From contig JAUCBJ010006695.1 of NCBI GenBank assembly GCA_032718475.1, positions 62,001 to 126,000 of the forward strand: 64,000 nt of DNA, written 5' to 3'. Shown here one piece after another: positions 13,831-25,045 of this stretch. How positions within the stretch are numbered: position 1 is the first letter of the stretch; each line of letters opens with the position of its first letter. Made by a program: the position numbers and the translations under genes. The notes beneath the pieces are model-generated. The model did not search any database and was not told the DNA's origin. It saw only the letters and a program-made list of their open reading frames with translations. Source of the stretch: Nemertoderma westbladi. Taxonomy: Eukaryota > Animalia > Xenacoelomorpha.

Positions 13831-14470
13831 AAATAATACTTTTGTTATATTGAGAAGGACAAACCATCACAATCCCAGACGGACAGTTTTCACAGACATT
13901 TACACAAAGTAAGGTTAACATTATCACTCATAACTTTTGAACTACATTAATAATTGAAATTTTGAAATCACCATAAAATTCTGCACTTGGCAGTGAGGAT
14001 TGAAAATTAAGAATCGATTTTTTTTCTGAATATCTCCCAAAGTAGCCGCCATGGCCTGCCATTGACAAGTGTTACATTTGCCAGTCCACATAAGACAGTA
14101 CCGCTGCAGGTACGGTACAGTAGGACGTACAAACGTGTTTTCAACCTCAGTTGGGTACCACAAGCGAACAAGGTTGAACAGTCATTGGTTGATGACCTTC
14201 TGTCTGATAAAGTCCCACAGTACAGTGCAACCAGGTATGGGGGTCCGGGGGTCCAGAGGAATGGTTTACCAAAGTTCTATACTGTAGGAGGGGCGAGGTG
14301 GGGTCAATGTCCTGGTCAACGGACCAGGAGAAAGCCTACACCTACTCAGGCGGAGTGATAGAGGCAGGGGGGGGGGGGGGGGGGAGACCTGTCATACCTT
14401 AAGCAACCTAAACACCGATTGCAAGTTAAGCCTTAATTTTGTGGGTATGTTGCTATTATATTATTTATAT

Positions 14471-16597
14471 TTAAATATTGAGATAAAATAATGATAACTT
14501 TATGTAATCCCGATTACCAACCTTGATGGAACCTAAAACCGCGCACAAGTCATCTTTATTATAAGTTGTATTCAAAGATACTGTCCCGTTACCTACACAT
14601 CCAGTATATGTTGCGTCCAACGAAATAACCCCGTTTACCGCCGGACGTTCAGTATAAGTTGCGCCCAACGGTGTTTGTTTCCCAACCGTCTCAACAGGTT
14701 CCCTTGGTGGTTCTACTAACAACCTACCGATGTCGCCTTTACTGTAGGTCTCGCCTAGAGGCTTCCCGTAGAGGGAAGTCTCCCCGGCCGGCTTCGGACC
14801 TCCACCGCAAACAGTCTGAACGAGAGTCGGTTTACTTACGACGCCTCTAGCGGCCATGGGGGGAGCCGCCCGATCGCGGGGATGCGTTACGGGTCTCCCG
14901 GACGTGGCGGTGTACGAGGGTTTGGGTTTACTGCTGCTCGATCTCGTCCCGGGAACGTCTCGCTTCCGGCTGTATAGGCACTCTCCCGCCGACTGCGAAC
15001 GTCGATGTGACTTCCCGCTCCGTTGGGGACGGCCGTAGCCACAGTAGTACTTAGAAAGTCCCGCCTCGGGTCGATGACCCTCCGGTCGTTGACCCCCGTA
15101 CTGATTACCCACAGGTCGTTGGCCCCCCATCCCACGAGGATCCGACCTGCCCGCCGAGCTGGACCGCATGCTGGGGTCTCGGCTGTCCGGGTAACGTGGT
15201 TGACGGTCCCGTGATGCAGAATCGACTAGTCTACGCGACGCGTGCGTTCGTACCCGCTGGGGGGCGCTGGGCGCGCAGCGCTGCGCCGGGGCGTGTCCGA
15301 AACGCGGGTGCTGATTGGTCGGTGTGTAACCCGCCATCGGGTGCTGATTGGTCGGTGTGTAACCCGCCATCGGGTGCTGATTGGTCGGTGTGTAACCCGC
15401 CATCGGGTGCTGACCGCTGGTTGTGTAACCCGCCATCGGGTGCTGATTGGTCGGTGTGTAACCCGCCATCGGGTGCTGACCGCTGGGTGTGTAACCCGCC
15501 ATCGGGTGCTGACTGCTGGGTGTGTAACCCGCCATCGGGTGCTGAATGCTGAGTGTTTGACCCAACGGGTGTCTGGGTGTGAACCCTGGCTGGTGGCTCC
15601 CGCTGGGGGTGAACGCTTTCTGCAACGAACGGGACTGCAGCTCCCACGAGGCGAGACGTCTGCGTCCGGGGGTCCCCACGGCCAGCTGGATATCGGCGGG
15701 ACTGTAGGCGACGGGTTGCGGGGCAACCAGAACGCGTCCGGGGGTCGCCGACCGCGGCGTGGCTAGATCCCGCTTCAACGCGGAGACGGGAACCCGCTCC
15801 TCTAGGGGCGTGTCGGGGAGGGCGCGCAGCACGGGGTAGTACTCTGGCTGCGGGGTCAGCGACGCGTCTCCGGACGCCGACTCCCCCAGCGACTCAGACA
15901 GCTGGTCCGCCCAGACAACCTCCTTCACGCCGTCCACCAGTTTACTAATGCAGTTAAACTCGTCTGCGATTTCTCTATCTACGCCGCACGACGATCCTTT
16001 CATTGTGTAATAAACCTTAAAACAGAACTGCAGCGCGGAACTGACCAAGGTCTCCGTGTGTTTCTGATCCTGAATGACTTGTTGGCCGAACTTCTCGAGT
16101 AATTTATTCCGCTGTCGTAAATCCTTTATCTCGACCTCCATGTCTCGCGATTTAACGGCCTCCTTCAGCTGCTCCGTGAGTCCCACATCACCGCCACTCA
16201 GTATATCCTTTGTGGTCGCCGACAACCAGTCCTTGTTCCGGTCCATTTTCTCGCGGCAGTCGTCCCGTAGTCGGGTTTTTCGCTCCCGTTGGGCGCGCAT
16301 GGAGGCCACGCTATCGGCTAGACGGTCGGCGGCGCGGTGCGGGTCCGGAATGCACTGACGGCGCGTCAGGTTTCGTTCGGCCTGCCGGATTTTGTACTGG
16401 AGGAAGTGATCGGCTTGCTCGACCCTGTGGATTTCTCGCCGAATCTTTACTCGATCTTGGTAGACCGCGTCCAGTTGGACCCTCCATCGTGGGTCTATAG
16501 TTGGCGCCCGACTAGGTTGCAGCCCGCGCTGTATTCCACGGGCGCGCTCCAACTCAACTTTCAGTTCATTGATCTCGTTTTGGAGGCGCTTTATTAC
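14471..16597 (-). CDS. KIF18: Kinesin-8 (KIF18-like), exon 2: neck coil, coiled-coil stalk and low-complexity tail (spliced product ~1093 aa)
   Basis: Acceptor CTTTCTTTAG|GTAATA at 16598/16597. The phase-0 join gives TDYPK|VIKRLQNEINELKVELER, like the KIF18 neck coil, in frame with ORF 14471-16552. A small terminal intron near 14.5 kb cannot be excluded. Confidence 0.82.
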   Translation of the reverse strand, partial: VIKRLQNEINELKVELERARGIQRGLQPSRAPTIDPRWRVQLDAVYQDRVKIRREIHRVEQADHFLQYKIRQAERNLTRRQCIPDPHRAADRLADSVASMRAQRERKTRLRDDCREKMDRNKDWLSATTKDILSGGDVGLTEQLKEAVKSRDMEVEIKDLRQRNKLLEKFGQQVIQDQKHTETLVSSALQFCFKVYYTMKGSSCGVDREIADEFNCISKLVDGVKEVVWADQLSESLGESASGDASLTPQPEYYPVLRALPDTPLEERVPVSALKRDLATPRSATPGRVLVAPQPVAYSPADIQLAVGTPGRRRLASWELQSRSLQKAFTPSGSHQPGFTPRHPLGQTLSIQHPMAGYTPSSQHPMAGYTPSGQHPMAGYTPTNQHPMAGYTTSGQHPMAGYTPTNQHPMAGYTPTNQHPMAGYTPTNQHPRFGHAPAQRCAPSAPQRVRTHASRRLVDSASRDRQPRYPDSRDPSMRSSSAGRSDPRGMGGQRPVGNQYGGQRPEGHRPEAGLSKYYCGYGRPQRSGKSHRRSQSAGECLYSRKRDVPGTRSSSSKPKPSYTATSGRPVTHPRDRAAPPMAARGVVSKPTLVQTVCGGGPKPAGETSLYGKPLGETYSKGDIGRLLVEPPREPVETVGKQTPLGATYTERPAVNGVISLDATYTGCVGNGTVSLNTTYNKDDLCAVLGSIKVGNRDYIKLSLFYLNI
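15306..15545 (-). repeat. Coding 33-bp tandem repeat (QHPMAGYTP[ST][GNS]) x~7 in the kinesin tail
   Basis: Visible in the DNA (GTGTAACCCGCCATCGGGTGCTGA...) and in the translation of ORF 14471-16552. Confidence 0.93.
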
Positions 16598-16684
16598 CTA
16601 AAGAAAGTTGAATCAAAAATATAATTTAATTATGTGATACATTAAATATTCAAGGCGAAATATAGGCGGTAAAGTTAAATCGAA

Positions 16685-19070
16685 GGGTAACCCGTAACGT
16701 TTACTGTTATTCTTACCTTAGTAGGGTAACCCGTAACGTTTACCGTTATTCTTACCTTGTGGTAATCCGTAACGTTTAACGTTATTCTTACCTTGGGGTA
16801 ATCCGTAACGTTTACCGTTATTCTTACCTTAGGGTAATAAGTAACGTTTACCGTTATTCTTACCTTAGGGTAATCCGTAACGTTTACTGTTATTCTTACC
16901 TTGTGGTAATCCGTAACGGTTACCGTTATTCTTACCTTAGGGAAACCAGTAACGTTTACCGTTATTCTTACCTTAGGGTAACCAGTAACGTTTACCGTTA
17001 TTCTTACCTTAGGGCAATCCGTAACGTTTACCGTTATTCTTACCTTGTGGTAATCCGTAACGTTTACCGTTATTTTTACCTTGTGGCAACCCGTAACGTT
17101 TACCGTTATTCTTACCTTAGGGCAATCCGTAACGTTTACCGTTATTCTTACCTTGTGGTAATCCGTAACGTTTACCGTTATTCTTACCTTGTGGTAATCC
17201 GTAACGTTTACCGTTACTCTTACCTTAGGGTAACCCGTAACGTTTACCGTTATTCTTACCTTAGGGCAATCCGTAACGTTTACTGTTATTCTTACCTTGT
17301 GGTAATCCGTAACGTTTACCGTTATTCTTACCTTGTGGTAACCCGTAACGTTTACCGTTATTCTTACCTTAGGGCAATCCGTAACGTTTACCGTTATTCT
17401 TACCTTGTGGTAATCCGTAACGTTTACCGTTATTCTTACCTTGTGGTAATCCGTAACGTTTACCGTTACTCTTACCTTAGGGTAACCCGTAACGTTTACC
17501 GTTATTCTTACCTTAGGGCAATCCGTAACGTTTACCGTTATTCTTACCTTGTGGTAATCCGTAACGTTTACCGTTATTCTTACCTTAGGGCAATCCGTAA
17601 CGTTTACCGTTATTCTTACCTCAGGGCAACCCGTAACGTTTACCGTTATTCTTACCTTAGGGCAACCCGTAACGTTTACCGTTATTCTTACCTTAGCTGC
17701 TTAGGGCAATCCGTAACGTTTAACGTTATTCTTACCTTAGGGCAACCCGTAACGTTTACCGTTATTCTTACCTTAGGGCAATCCGTAACGTTTACCGTTA
17801 TTCTTACCTTAGGGCAACCCGTAACGTTTACCGTTATTCTTACCTTAGGGCAATCCCTAAAGTTTACCGTTATCAGTTATTCTTACCTTGTGGTAATCCG
17901 TAACGTTTAACGTTATTCTTACCTTGGGGTAATCCGTAACGTTTACCGTTATTCTTACCTTGGGGTAATCCGTAACGTTTACCGTTATTCTTACCTTGGG
18001 GTAATCCGTAACGTTTACCGTTATCAGTTATTCTTACCTTGTGGTAATCCGTAACGTTTAACGTTATTCTTACCTTGTGGTAATCCGTAACGTTTACCGT
18101 TATTCTAACCTTAGCTGCTTAGGGCAATCCGTAACGTTTAACGTTATTCTTCCCTTACGGCAACCCGTAACGTTTACCGTTATTCTTACCTTAGGGCAAT
18201 CCGTAACGTTTACCGTTATTCTTACCTTAGGGCAACCCGTAACGTTTACCGTTATTCTTACCTTAGGGCAATCCGTAACGTTTACCGTTATCAGTTATTC
18301 TTACCTTGTGGTAATCCGTAACGTTTACCGTTATTCTTACCTTAGGGCAACCCGTAACGTTTACCGTTATTCTTACCTTGGGGTAATCCGTAACGTTTAC
18401 CGTTATTCTTACCTTGGGGTAATCCGTAACGTTTACCGTTATTCTTACCTTGGGGTAATCCGTAACGTTTACCGTTATCAGTTATTCTTACCTTGTGGTA
18501 ATCCGTAACGTTTAACGTTATTCTTACCTTTTGGTAATCCGTAACGTTTAACGTTATTCTTACCTTGGGGTAATCCGTAACGTTTACCGTTATCAGTTAT
18601 TCTTACCTTGTGGTAACCCGTAACGTTTACCGTTATTCTTACCTTAGGGTAACCAGTAACGTTTAACGTTATTCTTACCTTAGGGCAATCAGTAACGTTC
18701 ACCGTTATTCTTACCTTGGGGTAATCCGTAACGTTTACCGTTATTCTCACCGTGTGGTAATCCGTAACGTTTACCGTTATTCTTACCTTGGGGTAATCCG
18801 TAACGTTTACCGTTATCAGTTATTCTTACCTTGGGGTAACTCGTAACGTTTACCGTTATTCTTACCTTGGGGTAATCCGTAACGTTTAACGTTATTCTTA
18901 CCTTGGGGTAACCCGTAACGTTTACCGTTATTCTTACCATAGGGTAACCCGTAACGTTTACCGTTATTCTTACCTTAGGGTAACCCGTAACGTTTAACGT
19001 TATTCTTACCATAGGGTAATCCGTAACATTTACCGTTATTCTTACCTTGGGGTAATCCGTAACGGTTACC
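16685..19070. repeat. Intronic satellite, 36-bp unit CCGTAACGTTTACCGTTATTCTTACCTTAGGGTAAT, ~65 copies
   Basis: 12-codon periodicity in the spurious ORFs. The unit on the minus strand is GTAAGAATAACG + GTAAACGTTACGGATTACCCCAAG. Confidence 0.96.
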
Positions 19071-20200
19071 GTCATACTCTGTATATTCTTAGTAGCGGAT
19101 GTCTTTATTGCGGTGGCGCGAGTGGCGTACTTCAATGTATTATAAGTCTCTTCGTAACTAAGGGAGGAGGAACTCACAGCGGCGATCATAACAGACTGAC
19201 AGTTCCCCCCGAGGGAGTCCTGTAGCAGACGGGTCAGCTTGGAGCCGCGATACGGAATGAACACGGGACGCCTGCTATCATACGACTTACGTAACGAACT
19301 ATCAGCAAGTGCATTTATTACGTTACCAACCGCCAGCAGAGACTTGTTGATATTAACGCCTTCCCTAAACCGCGCGCCACAGTTCTTACTGACTACGGCG
19401 CGTTCTGAGCCCGCCAAGTCGACTAGACTCAGTTTGGCGGTGGCCACGTTATTCGTTAAATTCTCGGTGAGGTTTACAATCTTGATGAGGACTTGGAAGA
19501 CTGCGTGACTACGACTGCTCTGTTGATTCGCCTCGGTGGGATGTTGCGATCGATTCGCGTTACCGAACTGTAGCAGTTCGAGCAGCTCGTCTACCGTATC
19601 CGGTTGGTGCAACGAGAGCCCCGAGACAACAACCCCCCGTTTATTGTCCTCGTGCAACGCCAAAGGCTTCGAGTTTTCAGGTTGACCCAGAAGGTCTTTG
19701 ATACACTCGTTGTAAATTTCGAGATACGAGACATTAACTTCTATATTGCGTTGACTGTGGGATTGTTCAGCAATGCTCTCGTATAGATCACGCATAGTTT
19801 GGTAGATTACTCCAGGATCCTGTCGGTTTCCCAACATTGTGTGGGTTTTTCCGCTCCCAGTGGCTCCGTAAGCGAACACAGAACAGTTCAACCCAGCGAG
19901 GAGCCCGCTAATCATGTTCTCGGTAGAACTTTGGTAAACATCGAGCTGACTGCAATTTTCGTCAAGGACTCGATCGAATACAAACTTAATGTTGCGCTTC
20001 TGTTTTTTCATCATATCGCGAGGGGGTTTTCGCGATGGGAAGAATGTTACAGGGGAATTAGTTGGAGTTTTCGGGTCGAATACGAGGTAATCGTTGCCGA
20101 TTACGTGGAGGACTCGCGGATGGGATTCCTCGCGTTGGTTGTCAGGACGGACCCTGACAACCACACGGATATTCCGGTTGCAGCCCTCCCCGGAAGACAT
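19046..20200 (-). CDS. KIF18: Kinesin-8 (KIF18-like), exon 1: complete motor domain and neck linker (385 codons)
   Basis: VVVRVRP, P-loop AYGATGSGKTHTMLG, switch I NQQSSRSHAVFQV, switch II LVDLAGSER, IPYRGSKLTRLLQDSLGGNC, TLKYA. The long loop 2 (FDP...KFVFDRV) is typical of kinesin-8. The exon ends ...TDYPK at AAG|GTAAGA (19046/19045). Confidence 0.92.
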
Positions 20201-20805
20201 GGCAATACTAATGTTCTTACCGTACCAGCGTACCCTGGACGGTATACAGCAGTACAGGTAGGCCTATATGAAATGTAGGTCAAGGTGACAAGGTCAAGGG
20301 CCAAGGCCTATCAGCCTATGCCAGTATGCAACAACCAGACAACAGAATAATGACGTCTACTCCAGTTCGCTCCAGTACGGTACTCCAGCAGTATTATATT
20401 GTTTTACGGGCAACGGGACTGGATTGTACGGTCTGACGGTCAGACGGTACCTCGTATTGTAAGATTTCTGGATTGTAGGCCTACGGTTCTACCGTAATGC
20501 AGCAATGCCTGAATGCCGTGCTGTCACCCAACTGCATCTAACTTACACCAAACTATACTGTCTGACTGTATGGCACCCAACTTCCACAATTACTGAATTA
20601 TAATATTACGTAGGCCTACAGCAGTACAGTAAGTCAGTAACAAACTCTGAACTTCTTTGATGAATTGCTGAGATATAACAAGACTGACACTTCATTAAAT
20701 TTTAAAAGGCGAGACAGAGACTATTGACGAACGATCCGCGCGCGAGCTGGGGGAAGATCTTCTCTGTGTTGGGGGTAAGAGCGCGTAAGAAACTGCAGTT
20801 ATAAT

Positions 20806-22035
20806 TGTTCGCGCTTTCGAAGACCTTTAGCAGTTTAACCTGCCAAATTTTATATGTCTTTTAGTTAATTAAAACCACTTTAGCATACGACAATAATTTA
20901 TGCTAATACGCAAAACATTAGCCGAAATCAGCCCATGCGCGATCATTCACCCGATGGATCTACACCCGGGAGACTGAATTCGGATGCTTGAATTGTATTA
21001 TTACAGTGTAAGGTTGCAGTGTAAACTTACTGTATTATTCGATAGATCGTTAATAATTAATCTCTGACAGGTATTATTGGCTTTCGGGAAATATTAACAG
21101 TTCCTTTAGGACGTGGCGCTTTATCTATTTAAACAGAACTAGGACTTATACTAAACGCAACGATACTGCTTGGGATTGAAGTATAAAGCGTATTCTTTAG
21201 GAAATACTTTGTTACCAATCACAATCATACACACTATTCTGCCGACAGTCAGTACATTTGATCACACATAAAGAGAGCAGTAATTGACTCACGTAGGGTC
21301 TGCTAAATAACATTGGATTCAATACACACCACATTAATATAAATCGCAATTGTTATATATAGCCGGTCTCTCTAACCTGTAGTGTTATCAAGAAAATTGG
21401 GAATTGGGTGATTTATCCGTATTATCCAAATAGCAATATTTCCATCAACAAATATTTACAATTAATAACTGACGGTAAAATAACAGTACAAACAATATGA
21501 TTAATGAGTTAGGTGATATTCGATTCGTGAGATTAGGTAACAGTTTATACTTTCGATAATTCAAGCAGTTTACGGTACAGCAGTATCTATCCAAAAATGC
21601 CGGTGTTTCTGGCTTAGACAGCAATAACAACAAAGTAACAAGAAAAAACAGTAAGACTGAACACTCTCCTTATGATCGGCAGAAAAGCTACACGTCGACA
21701 GGAAAAACCGCCCTGATTGGCCCAAGCCAAACAAAGAACCACGCGGCCAATGGCTGTTTCCATGTCAGCAACCAGCTGCTAGATGTCGTAATATGAATCA
21801 TCACGGCTAAACTGTGAAAGGTGGTTGATGCATTACAAGTTTTTTGTCTTACCATGTCCGCTAAAACACGTATATAGCAGAATGATTTTTATGTCCGTTA
21901 AAACACCTGTAAAGGTACCTTGCGGGCGAGGGGAATATATATACAGTTAGAAAACCTTTTTAGAGTATTCCAGCGCCTGGGGGAGAACTGGCCAGCAAAG
22001 GCAAACGTATCAGTTATCCCACAAAAGCTTTTACA
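20806..22035 (-). repeat. 3' LTR of the BEL/Pao element
   Basis: Direct repeat of 31203-32432; TATA-like TATATATAA near 21355 and CCAAT motifs near 21715-21750. Confidence 0.93.
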
Positions 22036-25000
22036 CCGCTCCCAGAAAATGGGATTTAAGTCTATAAAATATACCAAATCACAGTTTCTAAAATATAAAA
22101 ATACTCTAAACAGTTAGTCTTTCTTGCGCGGACGGCGTTTACGCAGCTTTTTAAAGCTAGCAAGAGTCCTTTTCTCTTTGGGGCGAGCCACTTTACGAGG
22201 AGGGCTATAACTCCTGGGTGAAGGGTGCAATATGATTGCATCAGAAGGTATGGGATTGCGATCGGTATATCCGCCGGTCGAAGTACTGGGTTGATTGACA
22301 TCAACGTCCGGGGAGAGGGGTCTAACGGCTTGGAGAGCTCGTTTCAAGACAGCCGCTCTTACGGGTCCTTTACGAGTGGTCTGAACGAGGGCCGTGGGTG
22401 GACCATAGGCAGTTAGAAACTTCCTTGGTTTAATGGTTCTTTCCAACTCGCGTTCGCGGGCTTGGTACTCGTAAGGCCGTCGATATACTTCCTGTAACTC
22501 GATATGCGTGATTTCTGTTCGACAGAAGCGAATAGATAAGGATGGAACGCATAAATTCCTTCGTAAGCGCGTCCAGGATAATAGCGATGGCGCGAATCAC
22601 GATGTAAATCAGCGTTCGCTTCCCAAGCTCTAATGTAACGTAGTGTGATCATTTCATCTACGCTTTCCAAATCGCGATTAAAAAGGGCAATCGAAACTGG
22701 CGTGTCCCTTTAGTTGACAGTGGTGACATTGAGTCATAAATTGAGGGCAAACCGCAAAAATATGCAAATTATTAAATCTGCAATACGCGCAATAAATTTC
22801 CATCGCCGGTTGTTCGTGGAAATAGGAACAGCGGACGTTTGTGTCCATGGGCGTAACATGGTCTCTCGATGCGCATAACCGACAACGTTGCCGAGAAACA
22901 TAGTTGTCATGGCGATAATCGTACGCAGTGAGACACTGTGGACCTTGATACCATTCTAGGATGTAATCGTTGTCGCTGTTCCGAGCGCGATAGGCTGAAT
23001 CTCTTCAGATTCCAGACATATTGGTTCGTCTTCCCAGTCTGTTACGAATAGAATTTTCGTGATCTATTCTCGGTTTATCGTTACGACGCCGCTGGGTATG
23101 ATATTTAAATAGAACCATTTCCCTTTCGGTGTCTACATCGTCCGTATCATGTAAATCGATAGGATGGCCGGTAGTTAAGAAGTCCATATACGTACCATTA
23201 CGATGCGTATAGCGAGCGGTTAATTTTCGATAGTCCAATTCACGTGTAAGTTGCTCTTGGGACATCGGCGGTTCGATATCGTTAATCGATAAATAAACGA
23301 CCATCGTCCTCCGTAATAGTCGGATCGGCTTCACCGCGTATCAAGCTATCCACAAACGCTTGTAAAGGTAGAGTATATCGCTCTCTAATACCAAGGTCAT
23401 CTTCTATCAATTCCGTCATATCTGCTATCTGAGTTTGTTAATATCAATATAAATTAATATTTTAGGCAAGCGGGCGTCGCTTCCTACTAGGCTTTTTGCC
23501 CCCGGACAGTGGGTTTCTCAGCGCCGATGTACCGCTGTCGCAGTGTTTACGCCAACATGTAGCACAGCACGACAACGATAACCGGCACAAGTCCCACCAC
23601 TGTCCGTCCCAAAGGCTTGAATCCACTTGAGGTTATCTCGGTAGAGTTAGGGCTATTTTACAATTGCGATTAGCTACTGTAAACACACTTTAGTAGTAAC
23701 ATTCACCTATAAACGCACAAATTCCATACAATCATTACTTACTGCACACATGCATACCATTTGTCCGTTAATCAGTGTCTTCCAGAATGTCACGTATTTA
23801 CTATGTATCCTTGGATACTAATAGCGCGCTATGTATACTCTTATGCTACGCAATGGGGCAAGCCTTTTATTGTTCTTTTAACTTGCTTCTAATTCTAGCG
23901 TGGGTGTTGCCATGGTGACATTATGGAAAACTAGCGGTAGAATTAGGGCAATCCTCATGCATACAGATCTGGGATGTTATTTAATAGTAATTCTTTAATT
24001 GTCAATATCCTCTTTATGCATGATTTTATAAATTTTATCGGCTATTGACTATATGTTGGAGATTCTCACACTCTAGCACACTCAATATGAATCTCCGCTC
24101 CCATGATCTATTAATTACTGGAATTTTGGGAATGTTGTAAATTGCACAAAATGACAATTTATGAAATTCATTCGAATATGAATTTAAATTTATTCCCGTG
24201 AATTTTATTATTTGATATTAAATTGACATAAATTTTATTCCAGAGCATATCTGGGAACTCAGGATCCTTAATTCTGTAAAATAGTCCTTCTAAGAATATC
24301 GGTAAATACTGCGATATCTTAATTGACTAGAAATTTTAAAGGATCGGGATTTTACAGATTTTAACAAATATTAAATTAATATTTAGGATGGGCACCAATT
24401 TATTCCAGAACTTGTCTGGGGACGTTAACCACTGATTCTAGAATTTGTCTTTCAAGTATATCGGTGGGTGCCACGATATCTTAATCGACTAGAATTACAG
24501 ATGGTCAAAAGTTTAACAGATTTATTTGCGATTTACGCTACTGTTAGAGGGACATCACGCTACTATATGTATTATTTGTTATAAGGTAGAAGAGCAATAT
24601 CGCACGAAGCAATGTCAGTGTGAAGAGGCAAGTCGTTTCCAAGGTCTACCCAGAGCTTGGTTTAGCCGAGACACGAGGATCTGAACTTTGCATTCCTAAT
24701 ACTCTGCCTACCAATAATACTTAAATATAGTAGTGGCTTTATTGTACTTTAATAAGTACGGACATTTCATCTTACTGTAGTCACGTATTTATAATATGAT
24801 ACGGACAGTAAGGAAAGAGAAAAAATAATTATTTCTCGCCGTCGCACTAAATATATATTATAAATAATTACGTACGTAATAAACACTAATATATTGCACT
24901 AATCTACTAAATAATCCCTAAAATAACATTCTACCAAATAAAATTAAAGAAAACGATTATAATAATATTACATAATAATACATACATAAATATAAAATAA

Positions 25001-25045
25001 AAACAAATATAAAATGATATAGTCACACACCCACTCCATATGTTA

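Noticed and set aside
16903-18750. Long ORFs with VIRNVYRYSYL repeats
   Set aside because: Stop-free readings of the 36-bp satellite, mostly antisense to the kinesin intron.
18689-19045. C-terminal extension of the 503-aa kinesin ORF as the true protein end
   Set aside because: A consensus donor at 19045 and an in-frame acceptor at 16598 restore the expected neck coil; the extension is read-through into the satellite.
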